From contig JAHJQN010000004.1 in assembly GCA_018819225.1 (NCBI GenBank), forward strand, positions 128,001 to 192,000: a DNA stretch of 64,000 bases. The letters are read 5' to 3'. Under the pieces are notes generated by a model. The model was given only the letters and a program-made list of their open reading frames with translations. It had not been told where the DNA came from and did not search any database. Positions 49,989 through 59,600 of the stretch are shown here, one piece after another (position 1 is the first letter of the stretch; the number at the start of each line of letters is the position of its first letter). The position numbers and the translations under genes were made by a program. This stretch comes from Candidatus Micrarchaeota archaeon. GTDB taxonomy: Archaea > Micrarchaeota > Micrarchaeia > Norongarragalinales > SBBD01.

Positions 49989-50426
49989 TTGAATAAGCAA
50001 CTATTTGAGAACAAGGCGTGGTTTCTGGCAACGGTCATCCTGTTGTTGTTCGTCGCCATCGTCATCGTGCCTCCGATGTTTGCGCACCCGAACATGGAAC
50101 ACCGGCGCGGCGAATTCATTTCATTGAAAGAGAACATTCAGGACGACATGCGTCATGAGGAAAACTACCAGTGTTGCTTGGAGAAACCGTGCATGTACTG
50201 CATCGAGAAGACGCCGGGTCACGGCGAGGGGGCTGAATGTCAATGCCTGGATGACATCGTTAACGGGAGGCACCCGTGCGGGGAATGCATCGGCGAAATC
50301 CTCGAGGGACATGGGAACCCGCATTTAACAGAGTATTTCGCGGTCGCCATTGCAGAGGAAGTCGGGGAAGAGCACTTGCCTACGCTTCAGATGATCATCA
50401 AGGAAAAGTACGGCGAGGACGCGTAA
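49989..50426 (+). CDS. Membrane-anchored Cys-rich protein
   Basis: TM then YQCCLEKPCMYC, CQC, HPCGEC. Confidence 0.75.
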   Translation: MNKQLFENKAWFLATVILLLFVAIVIVPPMFAHPNMEHRRGEFISLKENIQDDMRHEENYQCCLEKPCMYCIEKTPGHGEGAECQCLDDIVNGRHPCGECIGEILEGHGNPHLTEYFAVAIAEEVGEEHLPTLQMIIKEKYGEDA

Positions 50427-50484
50427 GCAACTAATGATCCTCAAACATCACAGTTCATCTTCATGCAGAAAACGAATGGGCGCC

Positions 50485-53064
50485 TTATCCCCGCTTTCTA
50501 TAAAGATAAAGCGCGGCCGACAAAAAGAACGGAATCAGGAATACCGAAAAATCCGGTACACTTCCTGCCACTGCGTTAGGACGTTGGATCGAACACGTCG
50601 CGCTACCAAAAGAAGTCTCCGCCCTCAATTGATAATCGCCCGCCAGTTCCGTTTCAACAGAATAAGTTAACGCATTTTTTTCCTGACTGATAAACGAATT
50701 GGGCGAACCCGTCATTAATATGTCCGAATTGGAACACGCCACCCCGTTCTTCAAACACTGAACAACCACATTCGTCAAATCGGATGCAGTCAAACGGGGA
50801 CAATCCAGTAAAAGCAGATTCGATGGAGGCTGGGAATAATTGGGGTCCTGTGGGCCGTTGTTCCCGTCATTTCCATCACCCAATGCCACAATAACGATTG
50901 CTTGATCCTGACCTTCTGCACCCTCATCGTCCGTAGCCCATAACTGCACGGTATAAACGCCGACTTCCGTACAGGAAAGAAGGGCCGTCGCAGTAACCAA
51001 ATCGGTTCCAATCCCTTCATAAGCCATATCGTTCAGCGTACAAGGAGGATTGCTTATCAAAGACCATTCCGCTTGTTCGATAATGTCACCGGTATCCGAA
51101 GCGGTTCCCGCCAAAGAAATCGTTCCGAACACGTCAGCTGCATAACCGGATCCTGCATCCACAATCGGAGGCTCATTCGGCCCGCACGAACACGAAAACG
51201 GGTTGCATACATCTCCTGGATTCAGACAGTCGGAATCGTCTTCGCATGCTGCACCGCAAGAGCCTATGACACATTCGTACACTCCGGGAACGCACGAACA
51301 AGAGGTTGGGTTGGCGTCGCATGAAAAACCTTGGTACGTTTGCCCGCCCGAACAAGGAAGATTGCAGTCGAAATCATCATTGCATTCAGCGCCGCAAATC
51401 TGCACGGATTCCCAACACGTACCCGGAGCCCAATCTCCGAAAGAACATTCGCAGGCATCCGGACACCCAAACGTCCGTCTTTCAAAGATATTTGACGGCA
51501 TGCATTGCCATGCATCACCCGAGCAATCCGCATCCACCTCACATCCGCACGACTCTACGGTTGTACGAATACTGTCGACTACCGGCCTCATGGAACCGTC
51601 TGAAGTTCTCAATTCAGAGCGCCAACGCACCAGCGCCGAGCGGGGGTTCACGTTGTACCAAACGCCGGGAATAACGGAAGACCACGCGTTTCCCAAACCG
51701 TAATTCAGGAAATAGGATACCGATGTTAGAGGATCCAAGGCATCCACTTTCGTCAATTTCGCTCTTTTAATTTTTCGACCGTCATCCAGCACCGCACCGC
51801 CCAGATCCAAAGACTGGCCGCGCGCCAAGTCCGCGTAACGCGTTTTCGACAAGTCAATGAGAACGCCGCGATTCGGAAATTGGGGCCCACCGACACTGTA
51901 ACTCGTATACCCCGTTTCCGAAAACACGTCGAATCCATAAGCGAAATAAGCGACAGACCCAACGCTGCCGAACCATTTTTCTCCAAGCGATGAAATACCG
52001 TCGATGTTCGTCAAATCGAGTACGTAAAGGGGGTTTGGGTTTCGGGTCGATGAAAAACAAGTAAGATAACCGGTATGATCCTCGATTTGAAGGAAAATGA
52101 TTGTGCCAGGCCATTCGTTTTCGACGCAATCCGCAGGAAATTCCGGCGATGGAATGATGCGGCGGATCGATGGCGCGTTCGGATCGGAGACGTCTAGCAC
52201 ATAGAATTTTGCCAACTTCGGGGCCGTAAACGAATCGTCCGCGACCCAAAGAAATCCGTCGAGCCATTCCGCCTCCACTCCCCCGTCGATTAGAATATTT
52301 CCGCGAACTTGGTAATTGTTAATCAACGAAACATCCAGGACATGCATTCGGACGTCGGATGGGGAAATGATGTATTCCGCAACGTATAGGAAATTGCCTT
52401 GTTTCTCCAAAATTTTGGCCGTATTCGAGATTCCGGGCAACGTGTTACTAAAAATTTCAGTAGGCACAGCCGGAGTGGAAACATCGTATATAAAGAAAGA
52501 TGTTCCGAGCGTGGCGTACAGTCTGTCCCCGACAACCACCAACGAAGAATGCCCGCCGCGGAAATGCGATCCAACCAACACGGGATTCAACGGATCGGAA
52601 ATGTCCCATATGGACAATCGTTGGTCTCCTGCAAGCTTCTCGGAAAGGAACAAGTAATTATCGTCGTAATCGTAGGCCGTAACCATGCCATCGAGTTGAA
52701 ATTCGCGTTCGTACACCGGATTTTTTGGGTCCGACAAACCGTACACGATCATTCGATCACTAGGAGGTAGACAGGAGTTGACAGAGCCTCTCGGAAGGTA
52801 ATACAACGCCTGACCTTTTACTACGAGAGGAATCGAAACGCAATGACGGTAAAAACGGTCGGCCCACGCCAGATTTTCCAAAGACGGAATCAGAGGCAAG
52901 GTGAGTACGCCTGGAGGCGCCGTATCCCACGAAGCGTTCGTTTCCAAGATATCTTTGTAGAGTTCGTCCGTGAATTCTTCCGTGTAAAACGTTTCCTGCA
53001 ACGCGGTAGCGGGTAGGAAGAGAACCGCTAGGAACAGGAGCAACCGCAAACCATGATTTTTCAT
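50485..53064 (-). CDS. Surface protein: LVIVD-type repeats, Cys-rich repeats, PKD-like domain, PEF-CTERM-like sorting signal
   Basis: Signal peptide; IWDISDP.NP/DVSDP repeats; CxxDxDC x3; PPIVDAG..TDDEG; VPDF-TM-RKR tail. Confidence 0.82.
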   Translation of the reverse strand: MKNHGLRLLLFLAVLFLPATALQETFYTEEFTDELYKDILETNASWDTAPPGVLTLPLIPSLENLAWADRFYRHCVSIPLVVKGQALYYLPRGSVNSCLPPSDRMIVYGLSDPKNPVYEREFQLDGMVTAYDYDDNYLFLSEKLAGDQRLSIWDISDPLNPVLVGSHFRGGHSSLVVVGDRLYATLGTSFFIYDVSTPAVPTEIFSNTLPGISNTAKILEKQGNFLYVAEYIISPSDVRMHVLDVSLINNYQVRGNILIDGGVEAEWLDGFLWVADDSFTAPKLAKFYVLDVSDPNAPSIRRIIPSPEFPADCVENEWPGTIIFLQIEDHTGYLTCFSSTRNPNPLYVLDLTNIDGISSLGEKWFGSVGSVAYFAYGFDVFSETGYTSYSVGGPQFPNRGVLIDLSKTRYADLARGQSLDLGGAVLDDGRKIKRAKLTKVDALDPLTSVSYFLNYGLGNAWSSVIPGVWYNVNPRSALVRWRSELRTSDGSMRPVVDSIRTTVESCGCEVDADCSGDAWQCMPSNIFERRTFGCPDACECSFGDWAPGTCWESVQICGAECNDDFDCNLPCSGGQTYQGFSCDANPTSCSCVPGVYECVIGSCGAACEDDSDCLNPGDVCNPFSCSCGPNEPPIVDAGSGYAADVFGTISLAGTASDTGDIIEQAEWSLISNPPCTLNDMAYEGIGTDLVTATALLSCTEVGVYTVQLWATDDEGAEGQDQAIVIVALGDGNDGNNGPQDPNYSQPPSNLLLLDCPRLTASDLTNVVVQCLKNGVACSNSDILMTGSPNSFISQEKNALTYSVETELAGDYQLRAETSFGSATCSIQRPNAVAGSVPDFSVFLIPFFLSAALYLYRKRG

Positions 53065-53143
53065 GATAAAACAACGCCATAAGTCAATTTAATGGTAACG
53101 ACTGCGAGAGAAGCCGGAAAACTCCGATAAACGGTTAGAATAT

Positions 53144-54805
53144 TCACGCATCCCGAGATCGAGGAGGCTCATTTATTATTTTCGTTTGCCCTTGCCTTGA
53201 TGAAAAATAAATGGCGGCTGTCACTATAACAACTACCAACGCGAAAGCCAGTGCAGCATACTTACTAGAAACACCGTACGCGGCCTTCCGCACGTTCCGA
53301 ACGAACGAGCCCCAGGCATCCCGTGCTTCCAGCTCGCGTTTCTCGCGCATGTATTCCTCGTAGACGCGAAGAGCGGCCTCTGATTCCTGCGGATCCTCGC
53401 CCAACTGCTTCAAACGCTTCAGCACCTCCGTCTTGTCTTCGTCGGAGACCGCGCTTCCCATGTATGACCAATCCACGGCCACTTCGTCGTTATCCTGTTG
53501 AATTGTTTGCTGAACGTTTTCTGGAATTATTGAGCTCGACGGAATAGGGGTTTCGTTACTATTACCAAGCGGATTGTCCGTTGGAGTCCCCGGAGGTTGA
53601 GAAGGAATGGGGGAGGGAGTCGTGGTAGGCGGTAACGGAGCTGTGGGCGAAGCGTTTCCAGGCGGTGTTGGTTGAGCAGGAAACGCGGGCAACGTGAATT
53701 CGAGCGTTCCGTAACCATTTACTACCGCATTAAATTCGTGCTCCTCTCCTTGCAAGCTAAATGAAAAAACGTAAGGATTATGATAACTCATTCCCTGCGT
53801 GCTGGAATTCGTATGGTTGAAAAGGGGGATCCACGCTCCTTCCTCCCCGACATTCGTTTCAAAAACGATTTCTCCGGATTGGTCACGAACCGTGAGCTCA
53901 CCTGATGCAGGGGAACCATCGGAGTAGAACAACTTGACGAGCACGTCCCAGCCAATGGCGAACTTCCAATTCATCCAAGCCGGGCCCGTGTTGGGAGCGA
54001 ATCCCTCGGGCGCATTAAGAAACCGATTGAATCCGTTCTGTTCGATGTCTTTTTCGTTGTTATTAAATGTGGAATTGCGGATCGTGAACATGTTGCTGGA
54101 ATGGGATACGCCGTAAGTGAGGTTGATAAATGAATGGTTAACGTAGGAATTGGAAGCGGTGTTGTCGTCATCAACCAACCCGTAAGTGGAATATTGCTCG
54201 CGGTTTCCTAGTATCGTGTTGTGCTCGATCCGATTGTGGCGGGCTCCTCCGGACTCCGGGTTGTCGGATATGACGATGCCCAGGAGGTTACGTTCCAGCA
54301 TATTGCTCTTGACAAAATTGAAATTCGCCCTCTCGAAACGGTAGGAGGCCAAAATGGCGATCCCGGTTTTCGCATCCGACACCCGATTGTTCTCTATGGT
54401 GCAGTTGTTCACGGTTTGGAGACTGACACCTGCACTCTGGAGGGAATGCAGGACGATTTCGTTTCCCCGCACGGAACAAAAATCTGACCGTTCACCGAGA
54501 ATGGCGGTCGGCACGCCATGCTCCCACGGATATTCCGTTGCTTGCAACCGGCAGTTGGCAATGGAAACATTTGGCGCATTAGTAAAATTGATGCCACGGT
54601 AGTAAAAAATGATGGAATGGCCTGCGCAGTCAAGGCCTACGTCGCCGGAAATGATGTTGAAACACGGTGGTTCCAGCGAGGTGGAAACGTTGTTGGCCAG
54701 CACGTAAGCGCCCGGTTGATCGATTACGGAACAGGACGTGAGCACTTGCGCTCCCGCTGTCCCGATTCCCACTAAGAATGCCAGCAACAAGAGCGCCTTT
54801 CGCAT
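53144..54805 (-). CDS. Surface protein with right-handed beta-helix (NosD/CASH) repeats
   Basis: Signal peptide; C.VI..PG.Y.L..N; repeated N.I.NN..GI; Pro/Thr linker; C-terminal TM. Confidence 0.82.
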   Translation of the reverse strand: MRKALLLLAFLVGIGTAGAQVLTSCSVIDQPGAYVLANNVSTSLEPPCFNIISGDVGLDCAGHSIIFYYRGINFTNAPNVSIANCRLQATEYPWEHGVPTAILGERSDFCSVRGNEIVLHSLQSAGVSLQTVNNCTIENNRVSDAKTGIAILASYRFERANFNFVKSNMLERNLLGIVISDNPESGGARHNRIEHNTILGNREQYSTYGLVDDDNTASNSYVNHSFINLTYGVSHSSNMFTIRNSTFNNNEKDIEQNGFNRFLNAPEGFAPNTGPAWMNWKFAIGWDVLVKLFYSDGSPASGELTVRDQSGEIVFETNVGEEGAWIPLFNHTNSSTQGMSYHNPYVFSFSLQGEEHEFNAVVNGYGTLEFTLPAFPAQPTPPGNASPTAPLPPTTTPSPIPSQPPGTPTDNPLGNSNETPIPSSSIIPENVQQTIQQDNDEVAVDWSYMGSAVSDEDKTEVLKRLKQLGEDPQESEAALRVYEEYMREKRELEARDAWGSFVRNVRKAAYGVSSKYAALAFALVVVIVTAAIYFSSRQGQTKIINEPPRSRDA

Positions 54806-54851
54806 GAATTCGTTGTTGCGTGAACTCCTATATTAAAGCGCTCGGAATCGA

Positions 54852-56654
54852 TTATTGGTCCGCAAACGTCGCCGGATTGATGAACATCGGTTGGTTGTTT
54901 CCGTATACTTCCAACAAGTGGTTCGGGAACGGAGAAAGCGTATCATGAACCGTTCCAAATGCACCGGACCAGTCGCCTGCGTACGCCTCCGTTGCAGCAC
55001 AGGCTAGGCCAATGCAGATTGCCGCAGGTCCCAAATACCTTTTTCCATTAGAAGCAAGCCGTAACAGGCTACGGCCGAGCAAACGGGACTCCGACTTGAG
55101 TGCCGATGAGAAAAGACCGGACTTGATCGCTCCTGGAACGTATTTAAGGGGCGTCTTGAGTACTTCACGATATTCGGCTATCCACGGAGATTTGGCGCTG
55201 GTCCAATAAAAACGTTCGAACGACTTAAAGCCTCCAAGCGCTGCAACTTCTTCTGCCTGCAATCCAAGCGGATTGAACCGCTTGGTCAACGTGGCCTGAA
55301 CGCGCGTTGCCGCATATTCCTTCAACACGTGGCTTTTTGCAGACGCTGATCCTAGATAAGTGCGTTGCGGGATGCCAGACGACCTTTTCAACAACTCGGA
55401 ATTGGAATGAACGCTTTGGAACTGGCCCAAGGCATGCGAAGCCTCGTGAGCGAACACGCCGATGTCGACATTACCCGGGAATACGAGTAATTTTTCCGAC
55501 GCGTCGAAAAACGCTTTATTCGTGTACGGATTAATTCCGACTTGATAACCTGCCTTTATGGGAGCCAACAACCTGCTGAAACCGGATGACGCAAGCGTAT
55601 CGTAATGGAGAGACAAACCGCTCGGAAGGTTTCCGACAGGAGGACCACTCTGAAATCCGTCAGGATCCACGAACTTTAACGGGTTGTTTTCCGCATACGC
55701 GTACGAATTGCCTGTTCCGTCGAACAACGGATCGACGGCCAAAAACCTCCCGATGGAAGGATGGTAGTATCGCGCGCCGAAATACGCAAAACCGCTAGCG
55801 TCAAGCTCGTTTCCGGAAAACTTGAAAGGAGTCAACGCGGCAGGAGACAATGCTTTCCCGAACGGTTCGTAATGCGAATTGCTTACTACCACGGTATCGG
55901 AATTGACGTCTTTGGAGACCACGCGCGAGCTTCCAAGGTAGTCAGCGGCCACGTACTCCAATTGCTTGACTCCCTGGCGCGGCACTTCCTGGGCAACCAG
56001 TTTATCCCCGCCGTAATAGAATTCGGAAGCAGCCGGAGATGGGGTAGGAGTCGGCGTAGGCGTGTTGGTAACCGTTGGGGAAGGCGTCGGAGTGTTCGTC
56101 ACCGTTGGAGTAGGCTCGTTATAGTAACAATTTCCAGAACAGCACACCAAGGTTTCAGAACAGTAGCCTTGGGGGCGGTCATAGCACTGGTAGAAATCCG
56201 AGCACGAACCCGGTAAGCAACGGGAATTCACGTAATAACCGCAGGGAGTAGGAGTCGGTGAGGCCGTCGGTGCTCCCGGACAATTTCCACTACAACAGAC
56301 AAACCCCGTTGAACATCCTTGAATACCGTCACCTACACTATGACAGTCTTGACCAAATCCAAAGCAATAAGAATGCTCACCGTCTTGAGCTACGCAGCGT
56401 CCACCCAATTCATTGCAGAACGCGCCTCCACCGCCTCCACAGTCTTCGCCAATACAGTTACCCATACCGGGCTCAATAAGGCCAATCCAACCTAGGGAAG
56501 ACGCTATACCGCTCGCACCCTTCCAGTCTAAGGCTATCCAAATTATTGCGAGGACCAACAATATGGTGAAAAAGGCTGCCAATGTTTTCTTCGTGAACAA
56601 AGAATGGGTGCGCTGGTGCCACGATTCCTTTTTTCTCCGTTGGCTGGTTGGCAT
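54852..56654 (-). CDS. Membrane-anchored Rhs-associated core protein with HExxH C-terminal (toxin-like) domain
   Basis: N-terminal TM, Cys-rich repeats, PT linker, DYLGS..YEPFG..FSGNELD..YFGARYY..GRFLAVDP..YAYAENNPL..DPDG, then HEASH. Confidence 0.9.
   Translation of the reverse strand: MPTSQRRKKESWHQRTHSLFTKKTLAAFFTILLVLAIIWIALDWKGASGIASSLGWIGLIEPGMGNCIGEDCGGGGGAFCNELGGRCVAQDGEHSYCFGFGQDCHSVGDGIQGCSTGFVCCSGNCPGAPTASPTPTPCGYYVNSRCLPGSCSDFYQCYDRPQGYCSETLVCCSGNCYYNEPTPTVTNTPTPSPTVTNTPTPTPTPSPAASEFYYGGDKLVAQEVPRQGVKQLEYVAADYLGSSRVVSKDVNSDTVVVSNSHYEPFGKALSPAALTPFKFSGNELDASGFAYFGARYYHPSIGRFLAVDPLFDGTGNSYAYAENNPLKFVDPDGFQSGPPVGNLPSGLSLHYDTLASSGFSRLLAPIKAGYQVGINPYTNKAFFDASEKLLVFPGNVDIGVFAHEASHALGQFQSVHSNSELLKRSSGIPQRTYLGSASAKSHVLKEYAATRVQATLTKRFNPLGLQAEEVAALGGFKSFERFYWTSAKSPWIAEYREVLKTPLKYVPGAIKSGLFSSALKSESRLLGRSLLRLASNGKRYLGPAAICIGLACAATEAYAGDWSGAFGTVHDTLSPFPNHLLEVYGNNQPMFINPATFADQ
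56039..56117 (-). repeat. Pro/Thr tandem linker (PTVTNTPTP x2)
   Basis: EPTPTVTNTPTPSPTVTNTPTPTPTPSP. Confidence 0.7.
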
Positions 56655-56669
56655 GTCCGAAAACCTGTT

Positions 56670-59600
56670 TCAACTACAGCTGATCCCGCTGACAGGAACA
56701 TCCGATAACGTCTGGATGACGTTGCCCCCACTGAAAGCGTAATAGGTAGCAAGTGCTTGCGAAGCGGTTTTAACGACTTTTTTCACGCGGTTGCCGCTTT
56801 CATCGTAATAGTATTGCTCGCAGTTTCCGTTCGCATAACGAATCCGCTTCAAGTTTCCTTCGTAATCGTAATCCAGTTGCCGATCGTAAGATGAACCGCC
56901 GACGCAGTTCGTCATACTTATGACGTGGCCCTGCGAGTCGTACGAGTAAAGACAGCCATTTCCTGTTCCGGCATCTCCTGCACGCTGCAACCGGTTGGTT
57001 CCCGAATAGTACGAATACGTTCGCGGGGGTTCATCCGAATCCTCTTCCGTCATTCGGTTGCCCACGGAATCGTACGAATATCCCATCATGCCTTGCGGGA
57101 AACCGTAGTATCCGTCGTACGCCCAAATGGCGGTCAAGCGGTCAAGGGCATCGTATGAGAAGGCCGCGCCTTTCCCGAGATCCGTCCGGTGCAACGAATC
57201 CAAATTCCCTCCGGGAGTGTAAGCGTACGTTTCCTGCCACAACGGATCCCCATTTTTCGCATAAAACGAATCCGATTCCAAAAGGAAACGGTTATCGTAA
57301 TCAAAGGATTGCCAGGCGTCATGCCCAAAAGTAATACGACTTTGCCGATTATACCCATCGTACGCATATTTTGCGAGTCTCGCGAACGCTCCGTTGAGAG
57401 GCTTCCGCAGGATTTCATCTAATCTTCCCAACGAGTCGTACAGATATTTTATTTGCGTTCCTCCAGGATAAGTCGCTATTTCGAGGAGACCCGCGTTATT
57501 GTAGGTATATGTCAGCCGGAAGCCTACCGAAGAGAAAGGCTTGCCGTTATTGGACTGGAACCGCGTGCATTCGCTTGCGGTTACCGATCCATCCCTATCG
57601 AAGTCGAGCATGGGATGGTAGTACGATCCGGCGTAAGACGCAGGGGTATTTGAACACGTCTGACCCATCTCGGTTACATCCGACGAATCCACGAGGCCAT
57701 CCATATTGATGTCAGGGCACCCGTAGGAAAACACTTCCCCAGTGTCGGTTCGTTTGCACGACCCATGGAAAAACTGCGTTTCCCGCGAGACGTATGCTCG
57801 TGAGTCGTATTCAAACCAATGCGCCGTAACTTTGTTGGATGAAGCAAACAATTTTCCTTTATGGTAAGGCGACGCGGAGGAATCGAAAGTATAATAGCGA
57901 TCAGGAACCCCTCCGAACGACACTTTGCGCAGCCGGTTTATCGCGTCGTATTCGTAATTGAATATTTTTTCGCCTCCGTTCACAGTTTTCGTAACCTCGT
58001 TTCCGGCATCATCATACGCGTGATGGAGTGAACCCGCGTCCGGACTAGAAACGTCCGTGGCACGGCCCAACAGATCGTATACGTTAACCGAAATCAAACC
58101 ATTTGGAGCGAACACCGTGGTGGGCCGCCCAGCGGAATCCCGTTCGTACCACGTAACCCCTCCAGTGGGATCTCGTTCCTCATAAACGCGCCCAAGAGAA
58201 TCGAGATACGACATGTACAAGTTACCACCCGTATCGGAAGAAACGGAGATACCGGGAGTTTCCGCATTATTCTGAAACGAGTCAGCGAATACCTGGAAAT
58301 GTTTGTTTTTCTGCCGGTTGCTGACGACGATGCGCGCTGTAACGCCGTCCGCATAAACACTCGCCCGATAGGAATGCCCCGCTTTCAAGAAAACCGTCCG
58401 CCTGGAATCGGTGACTTGGGGAGCGTAAAACCCGTAAGAACACGTATGCATCGACACCCGACCCACGTAATTGTTCCAAAGTTCTGAAGAGGTTATCGTC
58501 AGGTCTTCAAGTTGTGCTGAAGCAATGTCACCATCTTCCGCACCAGATATACTACAGTAAACGTCGTAGAATCCATCAGATGTAATCATAAAACCAGTCT
58601 CTCCATAACCGCTCGATCGACTAAGATCCGCCCATACCGCTGATTGCACTACTTCCCAGGAAGGCTGGCTTCCCGCAGGGTAGTCGGCCTCCAGAATTCC
58701 TTCCGGAGAATCAGCGAATTCTTTCCTCCAATAGACAGGAGGCAACGAAGCCGTATGCGGTACCGACGATTGAACAATCCGCGAGTACGCGTCGTACGCT
58801 GTTTCCGATATCAAGTCCGAATTGCCGTTCTCGACTTCCGTTCGAATAAGCCTTCCCAATCCATCGAAGTAGCTACGCGTTTCCTTCCAAAGCTCGCCGG
58901 AAATGCGTTCCCGTTCGGTTATGCGGTTAAGGTTTGAACCGGATAACGCTTCGCCAGCAATATAATAATCAAACGTCGTAGACGGAGTTGAATCTCCCGG
59001 TTTCAAGACCGTTCTCAAACGACCGAACTCGTCATAATTATACGTTGTGCGGCTTCCGTCGGGTGCGGTCATACGTTCGAGCATGCCTTTGGAATTGTAT
59101 TTGTACGTCGTTGCTAGCCCCACAGCGTCTTCCGTACACGTGATGAGAGCGTGCGCCCACTGGCCACCTCCGTTGCTGCATTGGTCGTTGTTCCCGAAAT
59201 AAAGCAGAGTTTGTTTTCCGTTCTCATCGCGCTGGAGAGTGGGATTGCCGTACGAGTCGTAAGAATCCGTGAACGAAACGACTTCCGAATTCGCAGTTTT
59301 CGACTCATGAAATTCCTTCGGCCTCTGTACTCCCGAAAAATCGGAATAGACGTTTCTTGAAGATGCAACCAGTTGTCCGTTGGAAGTAACTTGGGAACTC
59401 TTGACTTCAGAAAACCGATTTGCATCGGCCAGCAGATCATTGGTTTCCCATTCATACTCATTTGTGACCACGCGTTCGTTGAAACCGCCGGGCTCCACCG
59501 TCGTTGAACGCATAAAACCATTAACTCCGTCGTCCACGTAATCGTACGATGTTTTCGACCCCACACCGCGAACAGCGGACTCGATCTCCATTGTTCGGGA

